A stretch of 58,155 nucleotides of DNA, the filler included, from Basidiobolus ranarum (lineage: Eukaryota), in the NCBI GenBank assembly GCA_040143965.1. It is 4 parts of 4 records of this genome, joined end to end, with 100 filler letters (N's around TTAATTAATTAA, not from the genome) between each part and the next. Parts side by side here need not be neighbours in the genome. Positions count along the whole stretch, not along the records: positions 1 to 14,494 come from JASJQH010000422.1; 3 more parts are not named here. One strand, 5' to 3'. Numbering within the stretch: position 1 is the first letter of the stretch; every line of letters starts with the position of its first letter. Made by a program: the position numbers and the translations under genes. This document shows, one piece after another, positions 1-11,702 of the stretch. Below the pieces are notes generated by a model. The model ran no database searches. It was not told where the DNA came from and worked only from the letters and a program-made list of their open reading frames with translations.

Positions 1-491
1 CTGGATCAAACTTTGATCTGATGGGATATTCAGATGCAAATTGGGGAAGAGATATTGAAGACAGGAGATCTACAACAGGATACTTATTTCTTTGCTGTAA
101 TGGAGCTATTTCTTGGAATTCAAAGAAACAACCTACCGTAGCACTTTCAACAACTGAAGCTGAATACATGGCTGCCTGTGAAGCAACAAAAGAAGCAATA
201 TGGTTAAGAAAACTCTTAACAGATTTGGGTTATTTTCAAAATTCACCTACTACATTATTTCAAGGCAATCAAAGTTGTATCAAATTAACTAAAAATCCCA
301 TGTTTCATAATAGAAGCAAACACATATATATTAAGCATCATTTCATTAGAGAGACTATAGAGAAAAAGTGTATTGACTTAACTTATTGTTCTACAGAAGA
401 CATGATTGCTGATATATTAACCAAACCATTAGCTAGACAGAAATTTGAGAAATTTAGACCTTTATTAGGATTAGTTTATATGACTATTTAG
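1..491 (+). mobile_element. Ty1/copia retrotransposon pol, C-terminal RNase H domain (5'-truncated by contig start)
   Basis: GYSDANWG..RRSTTGY..GAISW.SKKQ.TVALSTTEAEY..KHI..HFIR..ADILTKPL motifs typical of copia RNase H. Followed directly by a polypurine tract and an LTR. The usual DNQS Asp reads GNQS. Confidence 0.95.
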
Positions 492-493
492 TT

Positions 494-502
494 GAGGGAG
501 AG
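494..502 (+). other. Polypurine tract of the copia element
   Basis: GAGGGAGAG lies between the pol stop codon and the TGTTG start of the 3' LTR. Confidence 0.85.
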
Positions 503-850
503 TGTTGAAATTAGCATTGCCTAAACACCTATATAGTCATATATAGCTTAGTACTTAGTTATCTTATAATTCACTAAGATATTATCAATTATTCTCAATT
601 GGAATTTACTTAGAATATTTTTACCAACTTAGAAGTTCTCAGATATATAGATTTTTCAAACTTGTGCTAGAAGCCCCAAACTTTGCACACATGTTCCTGG
701 GACCTTTCTTAACATATTCTACATGTTAGTTTGTTTACATCTTGACAAAACTATAAATGTCAACTTTCTACTCAATAAATCAATAAGTGAAAACCATCAA
801 TTCCTCTAATTCTCCAAACCACTTCCAACAGGCTCCCAAATACTTTAACA
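503..850 (+). repeat. 3' LTR of the copia element (348 bp, TGTTGAA...TTTAACA)
   Basis: TG...CA termini with short inverted ends, internal TATAAA and AATAAA. Near-identical to the copies at 40894 and 52782. Confidence 0.93.
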
Positions 851-1168
851 GTTTGCCCATATAGCTTACTATTGAATTATTCCAGATTTCACCATGATAT
901 CACCCATTTTTCTCATAAGGAATTAGCCTAGAATATTTTTACCTACTTGAAAGTTCTCAGACATGATTTTTCAGATTTGTGCTAGAAGTCCCAAACTTTT
1001 GCACATGCGTTCCTGGGATCTTTCTTAACATACTCTACAGGTTAGTTTGCTAATATCTTGACAAAACTATAAATGTCAACTTTTAACTCAATACATCAGT
1101 AAGTGAAAACCACCAATTTCTCTATTTTCTCCAAACCACTTCCATCAGGCTCCCAAAATACTTTAACA
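851..1168 (+). repeat. Older 5'-truncated LTR copy of the same family
   Basis: Collinear with 503-850 from about LTR nt 35 to the TTTAACA end, with substitutions. Confidence 0.85.
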
Positions 1169-1477
1169 GCCTAAACATTTATATAGCAATATATAACTTA
1201 GTACTTGGCTACTCCATATTTCACTGAGATATTACCCACTATACTCAAGAGGAATTCACTTGGAAGTTCCAAGATATATAGATTTTTAAAACTAGTCTTA
1301 GAAGCCCACTTCTCACAAATGTTTCTGGAACCTTTCTTGACACATTTACATGTTTGTTTGCTTGCCTCCTGACGAAACTATAAATATCAACTTTCTACTC
1401 AATCAATTAATAAGTAAAATCATCTATTCTACTAGTTCTCCAAATCACTGTCAGCAAACTCTCAAAATACCTCAACA
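1169..1477 (+). repeat. Third, more diverged 5'-truncated LTR copy
   Basis: Starts GCCTAAACA (about LTR nt 17) and ends CTCAACA; collinear with the LTR. Confidence 0.8.
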
Positions 1478-1582
1478 CTTTATTGGGTTCTAGTAGAATT
1501 TTATACTTTTGTCAAGCAGTAGATAAACTAACGTAGCCAGCTATATGAATATATGGATGATTAAGCTAAGCCATTTTCAGCA
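1478..1582 (-). repeat. Degenerate, internally deleted LTR fragment in reverse orientation
   Basis: tttatacttttgtcaag..gtagataaa and gctatatga..ttttcagca match the minus-strand LTR at 25478-25768. Confidence 0.6.
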
Positions 1583-3939
1583 AAATAGGCATATGCAGAT
1601 TTCCAAAATGTAAAACACAAAAATTTCAACCCCTTCTCTCTTACTTTCCATGTGCCAGATTATATTGTCTGTATATCATGCATACATGGGCATTACATTT
1701 TGTTTAATAGGTATATGAGCCTATCATGCTCTCTTCTAACTTTTACAAACATTTTAATATTTACAACTATTTTGGGTATTGGAGTGAATCAGAAGTTCTT
1801 AGGACAATTGAAAGAAGTACATAACGCACATGTTATTGTATTGAATTAAAAGCTATTAATGATACTTTTGTAGGAAATGAAGAAAGATAATTGCGGGTAT
1901 AAGTTTCCAGGATGTCTATGAAGTTGGGGTTTAAGTTTGGAGAGTTTTGATCTAGCTTAAAAATTTCCATCTCTGCGGAATATTTCGGATATGTTCACTA
2001 TATGTGACAATTTAGACTTGAGTAGTAATAACTGAGTGAACATTGACTATGCAAAAAATAATATAGGAATAATAGGGTGCCCAACTCTAATATTTCAAAA
2101 GTAACACGCATCACTCCTTTAAACTTGAAGCTTAAATATTGGAACTCATTGCTAATCCATTAAAATCTCAAAACCAAATCATAGTCAGGTTTAGTTGAAT
2201 TACTTAGTTAACCACCATGTATAAAAAGCAACAAGCCCTCAACCATAGCCGAATCAGGTGCATAATCACTACCAGCACTCCACATCATGAAAGATACCAT
2301 ACCAGATCCAATCTCTGCAGTCAAGTCTGAAATAGTGGCTGCGAATCAGCAAGTTTGATTGATTGCTGATATTTGATATTAAGGGTGAATTTAAAACATT
2401 CAAAACTATTAGAAATGATTTGTGATATAGTATTGCTCTAAGAAGGTCAAGTATTGGCAGAAAAACCCGATCCATCACTACGAAAATTTGAGATTTGCGA
2501 TCAGTTGATGTAGCAGCTAAGTATGCTCAATTATTCATCGATCCACTCCCTATTGCTCTCACCAAGTATCTTAAATATATCTATATTTGGATTAAGTTTC
2601 CCAATGCATAACAAACCAAATGTATCTCCTATTGCAATTCTAAGAAAGGCTGAGTGATTTTAATACTGTTCGTACCACTTTCAATTCATCCCAACTACCA
2701 GCAACAATAACCTTGGTATCTTCTATGGCCTATCGATAGTATATGAATTGATAGGTATGCATACCAATATGATTCAAACTTTCCTGAGATGGTCAATACT
2801 AAATACAATATCAGATTTATATAAATCAAGCCCTCAAGTGGTGGCTTGGCTCTGAACTGCTTTTATTTACACAAGGATAGTGTCACTAAGAGGCGTCTTC
2901 ACAGTCTCACGATGTAAGAAGTACAAATTAAGCAGTAATATGAATTGTGAAATCGATTTGCAAATAAGATTCTCTCAGCAATTGACAGTTTTTTTACAAA
3001 GGAGACACGTTTCTATGACAATCCCCAATTTTAGACTGAGAAATCGACTACTAGATTTGGTTAAACAATAGATAATTATTGGGCATATATGAGTCTCCTT
3101 GTATCAAGTAAACTTACCTTTTTCTTGACTTCGTATCATTAGTATATTAGACTCTTAGTACCAGTCGTTTGATCTCTGTCCCAGAAGAATGTGTCAGTTT
3201 AACGTACTCTTTAGGCTTAGAATGGATTTCAATATTTGTAGCTTTTACCTTTTATCTTGTGACATGATAAAGTATATTATATATACCATTATAAAGCTCA
3301 TCGAAATACTATACCATTCGTGACTAATATTCGCCCATCTAAGCTATCTTCAATTTCATTTATTTGGTGGCGAAACTGATCTCCTATAACAAGTTCACTG
3401 ATTGAAATAATTACTATGAAGGAAGTTAGGGAAATAAGGTACCTTTTTATTTCCACGTTGCTCTCAGTCTTCCTATTCAATGTCCATATACTTCGCTCGA
3501 ATTGGACTTGACTTTCATCAGAAAGAAAATAGCACAATTTAAAGTGCACTTGAGCTAATTTAATACATTGATAATTATCGCAATCACCGTACCGTCTATT
3601 GATTCCCTCGCGAAAATGAACCGAGTTATTAAACCGGTAAAAACCAGTACCCCAAGCGAAGGTATGATTGATTTGTTTCATGCTGGTCATTATTCTCCCC
3701 ACTTAATCGCATTCTACATATCAAACTAATCCGGAAATGATTTAGTAAACAAGCTTATAAACAACCTAGATGGGAATAAATCTTCAAATCTATCAAGAAA
3801 TCTACACGTGTAACAAACGTTATAGTGATTAAATTCTACGTCATTTACCTTCGTCAATAACGATTTATATTATCTGAATTGACTGATCAACAGATACCGA
3901 TATTAAACTTTATCTCCAGAAATTGTGAAAAATCACTTG

Positions 3940-5419
3940 ATCAGATAAAAAAAGATCGATTCCATGAAAATTCTTATATTTTTAAATTAAGCAATATATA
4001 AATGTAAATGCTACATTTCGTGCATGTTACACCATCTACAGTGCTGGAATTCCTCGTAGAATTAAACTCCTACATTACAGTCAGTTGACTACTCTATATT
4101 GGAATTTCGTGATGTGACCAGATCTTCACGAAAGGAGTACAATCAATCTTTTGTTTGACATTTTATATTGATTGACTTTGTAGGGAGCTAAAGGTGGCCA
4201 ATTACGTCCAATCTGACGAGAACAACGTCTTAAAAACCTGTTGCATTGGAAGTTCCAACTACTCTTTGTTGTATATTTACGCTATTCCTATTTCAAATTT
4301 GTGGTAAATTTTAGGCCCCTACTAATTTCAGTAGTTCAGCAATTCGAAATTCTTTTCACAACCTTACCCAGATTTGTTTGGGGCCTCGAATAGTTTTTCA
4401 TATAGTAACTCAATAACAGTAACCATTTTTTTTCACCGCTATCAGATCTTTCCAAATAGAACTTACAAGGGTTCCATGGTTAAGTACCTTTCCTTAAAAT
4501 TTATCTGATAATTTTGCAGATTCAACCCCGCGCAATTTCTCTTGAGAATGTCATGCTGATGCTATTACTATTTAGGTATATACAAGTTACAAGTTGATTT
4601 CGAATCTTGGTGATTGTATTTTCTAGCAACTTCATAATATGACTAGTTACCATGGAACTCTAGAGAATGCTCCAACAAACTTCAACCACTACTTCGCTAC
4701 TAGTAGAGCAGTAGAGGAATGACTCTAGATGCCCCATAAGAATGTGGGAACTATGAATTTACTATATATGAGTGTGACGCCAACTAAACCTATCACATTC
4801 TACTTATCAGATTCCTCATCACCCCATATTATATCCAGCAGAGGGTTTACCCGGTGGAAAATGGAATCCTGTAGTACGAGTATTTCCTTTTAATATGAGT
4901 AGCCCCATATAAAAATGCATCGCATGCTCTATGCGGCAATCGGAACACCTAAAAATTGGCGCAAAAATGTAGCTAACGGTATCATGAAAGGCCTAATTAG
5001 AATATACTTAGAGAAGTAAATGCATTCCACTCCAACATCTAAATATCAATAATATTAACAGTAAGAATTAAATGAGCTCAAACTTTAGTAGCTTGCCTAA
5101 GTGGAAAGAATGTAGCTTACAACATTCAAGGCATTAATCGCGATCTTTGCCTATTACGAATTTTTCAAATTCCGTTCATCATTATTTATCAGATGAAGTG
5201 AGCTGTACTTAATCATCAATAGTGCACGCTGATTGGCACTGTCATGTTTGTACTACGTCACAAGTAAAATCAGATAACCTGGACCTCTCTATTTTTCTAT
5301 CTGATGGAATAATTTTTAGCGATCTGATTAGGTAGTGATATGTAATTGGCTATTTCTCCCGAAAATCTAATGTCTGTGAAACAAAGCTATCCAACCATTG
5401 AGTGATGTATTTATCAGAT
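3940..5419. promoter_or_regulatory. Cluster of ATCWGATAA iron-responsive GATA repressor sites upstream of the heme oxygenase gene
   Basis: Perfect matches at 3940(+), 4501 (TTATCTGATAA, both strands), 4804(-), 5186(-), 5269(+), 5411(-); near match at 5297. Reverse CCAAT box near 5230 and TATAAAA at 5708. Confidence 0.8.
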
Positions 5420-5844
5420 GGGAACTTTTAGATTTATAGAAATATACTATTCATCATTATAGTTAGTTTTAGTAGAGGAGTGAGACCATTCATTACTTTA
5501 TCCTTTTTAATTTCGCCTGTATAAGCGGATGAAGCGACACATGTTTTCAACAGAAACTCTTCAGTTGTACGAATTGCCTTTAATGTCGCTTGACTCATGA
5601 CACTTCCATATCCAAAGGCTCTACCAATTACAAATTATTTATTCTATAATTATTTGCATTTTCTCCCTCATTGATCTTATCCCTAATCCAGAAAGTGATT
5701 TGAAAACTATAAAATGAGGGGGTTTCGTCTCATGTTTTTCAATTGCTAAATACCTTTCACTTGATCAAATAACTATTGCTATTTGATCTTACCTGACTCT
5801 AACCCGTTCAATAACAATCGACTAAACTTAACTCGTAATAAATC

Positions 5845-8807
5845 ATGGCTCCGAAAGAGGTTGAAGGACTGGGAAATGTTTATGAAGATACCACTCAGTG
5901 TCCTGCATTTGAAAATGGCTGCCCTTATGCTGCCCTTACCGCTGAACTAGCCAATGTCCAAGCTACCGAACTTTGGTAATTTGACTATACCCTTTGACAG
6001 TTGAAAGTAGCCACTAACAATATTGACCTCTATATTACTATAGTCCTGCATTCAAAGAAGGTATAAATAATATCACGATACAAATATCGCCTTGAAATCC
6101 ATACTAAACACTAATCCTATTAGGTTGCCCATTTACAAACAAGAATTCGGAAGAAATCAAGGCATTATTGGAATCTATTCCCAAGTCTCATAAGCCTTGC
6201 CCCGCTTTTACTTCTGAAGGTATTTAACTTTCCCATACAGTTCGTTTCCATGGTTCAATTGTTGATCTATTGACTTTATATAGGCCAATCGAGCTTAAAT
6301 GCTTGCCCAGAGGGATTATCATTGTTTGAAGCTTTGAAAGAATTAAGAACTGACTTATTCTTACAAGAAGGTCAGTTATTCGAAAAATTCTATGTTTCTT
6401 CAATTTATACTCATATCCAATTTATGTTCAGACGCAGTAATTTTGGCAGAAGAGTTAAAGAATGGAACCCATTCTGTCCATCGACTAGCTGAGCGTTCCG
6501 TTTTTGTAAAGTATGTTGGTTGACTGTACTCATCAAATATATTCAATAATTTATTCATTCTTCTTAAAGGCGTTACATGAAAGCTGAGGTTGACAGAGAG
6601 ACGTATAAGAAGTTCATGGTATCTTTATACTTTGTTTACTCGTAAGTTCATAAATATCTTATGATGAAGCGAATATCCAAAGTTAATATGTCACATGAAT
6701 TTTTAGTGCTTTGGAAGAAGCACTTGGAAACAACGCGGGAGATGCTAGAGTTTCACTCATTCATTTTCCAAAGGAATTGGAAAGGAAGAATTCCTTGATC
6801 GCTGGTAAAATTTTCACTATAACTCCGGGGTTAATAGATCCCATGGCTGACTAAGCAAATTGTAGATTTGAAGTATTTTGGTGTTGAGTCATTACACGAT
6901 CTGAAGGCTTCTCCTGCCGTTCAAAATTACATAAATGTGATCAATGACGCAGCACAAAACAATCCCGCTCTATTGATTGCTCACAGTTATACAAGATATC
7001 TTGGGGATCTCTCAGGTGGTCAGATTCTCTCCAAGAGAATCAAGAAGTCCTTGAATTTGTCTGGTGACGAAGGCACTAAATTCTATAACTTCAACCATAT
7101 TGAAGATCTTAAGGAATTCAAAAATATGTACCGTGACAGGCTTAACCAGATAAACGTCAATAAGGAGACCAAAGGTAAGAAATGGTGGAAAGAGATGCAA
7201 GGGGAATGTAAATATGATACTAACCACGATTACTTCAGATCAAATCGTTAAAGAAGCCATTCGTTCTTTCGAGTTGAATATTGATATGTTTGCTGAGTTT
7301 GATCATGTCGTAACTGCTCCTGTTGTCAATGGTATGTGTAATTTACTATTGGTGCATTTCGTTTCAGTATGAGTTCTAATGTGTGATCCTGTGTTTAGAA
7401 CAAGCTTCTCTTGCCAAATTAATGAGAGAAGGAACACACACTGTCCATCGTCTTGCGGAAAGCTCAACCTTCATTAAGCAGTATATGCGTGGCCATGTTA
7501 CAGCAGAAGTTTACGGCCAGTTCTTGATCTCCCTTTATCATGTCTATAAAGCTTTGGAAGAAGAGCTTCGCAAACAAGCTGCTGATGAGCGAATTGCTTT
7601 GATTCATTTTCCTAAGGAGTTGAGCAGAACTGAATCCCTGATCAAAGATTTGGAATTTTATAATGGCCCTGAATGGGCTTCTAATGCAGAACCTAGCCCA
7701 GCAACACTTAGATATGTTGAAGGGATCCGTGAAGCCTCTAAGCGTAACCCTGCATTGCTTGTGGCTCACAGTTATACCCGTTATTTAGGGGATTTATCTG
7801 GTGGACAGATTTTGGGAAAGAAGACCCAAAAATCCCTCAACCTGCCTCTTGATAATACTGGTATTCAGTTCTATACATTCAAGAACATTGATGACGTGAA
7901 TACATTCAAAAACATGTATCGCGAGAGACTTGATATGATTGAATCCGATGAAAAACTAAGAACTGAGATCATCACCGAGTGTATTCGTTCCTTTGAATAC
8001 AATATTGGCATTTTCTCGGAATTCGATCATACAGTCAAGGAGGAATCCAATGAAGAACCAGGTCTTGCAAACGCATTGAAACGTGGTACTATGGCTGTGC
8101 ATCGATTGGCTGAGAATTGCGTGTTCATTAAACGCTACATGAAGGGAGAGGTAGACAGAAAGTCGTACGGAAAGTTCCTCCTGTCTCTTTACTACGTGTA
8201 TATGACCTTGGAAGAGGAACTTCGTAAGAATGCATTGAACGAGCAAATATCTCTTATTCATTTCCCACAAGAACTTGAGAGAACCACCGCCATTATCAAG
8301 GATCTAGTATATTTCCACGGTCCTAACTGGAAAGAAAATGCTTCCCCCAGTCCCGCCACACAGTCTTACATGAAGGCAATCAAAGAGCTCGGAGAAAAGG
8401 ATCCTGTCATGCTTGTAGCCCACAGTTATACTCGTTATCTTGGTGACTTGTCAGGTGGCCAAATCCTTGCCAAGAAGATCCAGAAGAGTTTGAATTTACC
8501 AGAAACCGCTGGCACTCATTTCTATCAATTCCCTAGAATCAATGATATGAACGATTTCAAAAATTTCTACAGAGAAAGATTGAACGCTATCACCGTTGAT
8601 CAAAAAACCAAAGAAGCATTGGTTGCTGAAGCAGGACGTGCTTTTGAACTCAACATTTCCATATTTTCCGAACTTGATGTTGTAACAGTTAAAGAGGAAA
8701 ACAAATTGGAATTTGGCAACGTGGTTCTTGTTCTCGCCTGGGTTGTACTTATTATCTCGTATTTGTACAAATTTGGCTACTTGAACGGTTTGTCAACCCT
8801 TTTTTAA
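5845..8807 (+). CDS. Triple-domain heme oxygenase with N-terminal Cys-Pro repeats and C-terminal TM anchor (~796 aa, 10 exons)
   Basis: Exons 5845-5975, 6044-6060, 6124-6219, 6284-6370, 6432-6510, 6570-6641, 6707-6804, 6866-7174, 7239-7331, 7399-8807; all GT-AG, frame preserved (2391 nt). Three copies each of VHRLAE, AHSYTRYLGDLSGGQ, FKNxYR and xFExNI. Hydrophobic tail VVLVLAWVVLIISYLY. Confidence 0.92.
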
Positions 8808-11702
8808 ATTCCACCTCTCTATGACTCAAAGTAACAATTTTGATTGTAAATGACTTTTCAAGTAACGCTTCCCTACCCCGAATCTTCATATATGTATTTA
8901 AAAACTAATCATTAAAGTCAGGAAGTTTTCTGATCATCAGTAAAGTGCTTCATTGGAATTCTCTGAGCAAACTATCCAGCATCTACAAACAGTTTGCACA
9001 TTAATGATTACCCACTTACCCTAACTTCTTCATAAAACTCCATTAAATGTCAGAGAGATGCCATTATCTTGATGAACATAAATTTGAAATAAAGCTCTAC
9101 TTGGATTTCCGAACTAGTAAGAGATGTGTGTACTACTTGTAGGTGTAGATTTTAGTCATCATCATGCATGCATTATAGGTCATAGCTAATTTCTCACCTT
9201 TGGTCACAGTTGTGCCGGTACCTAATAGTGAAGGTAGTACTATAGAGGAGGAGATCGATGAAAGTGCTGTGAGGGTTATGTTTAATGAGAAAAAAGCACC
9301 AAAACTGATGTCCAGTAGTGGAAAAAAACCAAATGATATGAATGGAGGAACATACCTAACATATATGTTGTCAAGAAATATGGGCAAATATTGCCTCTTG
9401 ATATTTAAAATGAGACCACTCGGTAAAAACGAGACCTGACTCTAAATTCTACTTACTTTGGCGTAGTTCAATGAGTATAACGTGAATTAGCATAGTGGAC
9501 AGATTATATCATTCATTCTGCACTCTCAAGAGTGGATGGATTACTGTTGTTTGCAATAGTTTGAACATTTGCTCAAACAGGAAACTAAATCCATTCATAT
9601 ACTCGGATTAAAAGGTCCGCAAACACACATGAAAAATAACATTAATCAACAGTAGGTAACTGGGTCAACTCCCTAGAAATAAAGCACAGCATAAACGAGG
9701 AGTGATATTTAAAGTCACAAGCTTAATTGGAGTAGAGCTCGTATAAGAGAATTCGAAGTCGCTGCTATGCATCATAAACTGTTCATATTATCAGTTTTTT
9801 CATAATCTAGCAATATATATATGTGAGAGGACTACTGAAATCGAGTGGCTCAAGCCTATATGCGATCGATGTTTCTAGACAGCACTTGCTTACGTAAAGC
9901 TGATATAAATGGAACTTCGTCACACATATTTCTCGTACACCAGTGACATCAAGAACCTGATGGAGCAATCATGACGTGGCACGGCCTCATGTCTAGCACT
10001 TCAATTCGCTAGAAACTCGAAGTTATTAAATAATAGGTAACTCCTACATTAGCCAAGCAACCATATATGATCCAGGGATAATAAAACGTGTTCAACCACT
10101 GGCTTTCACTAAAGTGCTGTCAGGGAAGAGAAAAACCGTTTGAAGCTTAACCCTTTAAAGGAGTTTCTATATATGTCTTCGATGTAGTTCCTAAAATGGT
10201 CAGATTACAATATATTCATTAAGTGCCTGCATGCAATTGGCTAGCATTGGGGAGCCGTTCAACGTGACTTAAGGACTCACCAGATTCAGTATGCTCATTT
10301 GAAGCAAAGAATCGCTTAAATATCAATGAAACAACTCCGCATGACATGTAAAGCAAGGGATAAGCAGCTACTCTTAATCTCTATCAAAAGTGTTGTTAGA
10401 GAACATATGGAATACCCATGTGTATGTTTATATATTCTACAGTTTAATATGGACACTATTTCATCTCCATCTTCCAGAAAAGTGGTAATGAATGGATTCA
10501 AATGATTTCTGAGAATTCGACTACTTTCTATATTAATCGTCCTAATTTGAATTTACACAAATCATTGATAGATATCAATATTTCCTAACGCTAATATTAT
10601 ATAAGCATTGTGAGTTCTCCCTAAAAGTTCCATATTGGCGCACTCAGCTCATCGTTATCTTTGTTGCGACTTGACATCTGATCTGCTTAGATAGCTCACG
10701 GGTCTATCTAAATATTCAGCAAAACTTGGGGCTAGACCAACGAAAGCCCTCACAATGGAAAAGTTGGGGGAAAGTAACCACTGACAAGCACACAGATCAC
10801 GCACAGACAATTGAGAAATGCAGTCTTCCGTTGCAACGTTAAGAACCAGTATTTCGATTTGGCATAGAAGTGAACTCTAGATCTGGATTACTATGAGCAT
10901 TGGCGATAATCTGCTCCAGGGAACAAACCAGAGAAGCATGATTTCCATTGGTTTTCCCTTTTTGGATAAATCCTCAGTACTTCATTTGTGCTAGGAAAGT
11001 CTGAGATTATATATAGCATCCCCACTATCCCCACTCCCATAGAACTCACAGTATCACAACCATTCAATTAATATCAAACATGCCTGTTTTGGTTAGGTCT
11101 CGAGAATTCTTGCACTAGCACACATAAGATACGGTGCAACAAAACCACCACTTGGTCTAATAAATGAATCATGGTAAGGTTGAATAGTCATTATTGCAGA
11201 TTTTATATTCCAGTGATCTTGAAATGTTCACTTCAAGCTCCAGTTTAAATATCCTCCTGATGCCAATGTATGTCGATATCTCAGATTAGATATTAGGAAT
11301 AATTAACTAACTAAAGAGCTTCTTAGCTTTGTAGCATTCATCAACCCTGACTCATATGAAACCTTTCACATCATATCCAACTTTTTGAGGTTTTCTCTAA
11401 TGTATATCTCTATCTTGGTTTCATTACTCGGATCCGATATACTCCAATAATTGGTGTTCAACCGATTTACAAACATAGCAAAAAACTCAAAGAATCCAGT
11501 TTGTGTTACATATACACTTGTGCGACATCGCCTGTGGAATGCAGGTTCACTCTAAGATCAGTTGCTTAGCAATCATGGCGATTATTCAATCCCCTGTAAC
11601 AACCCAGGTCAAAATCATTCAATATAATGCCAGCTTGACAATACCGCGTCTCTCTCAAGCTTATTCACCTTGTGTCGATTGAGCATAGCTATTATCGCAA
11701 GT

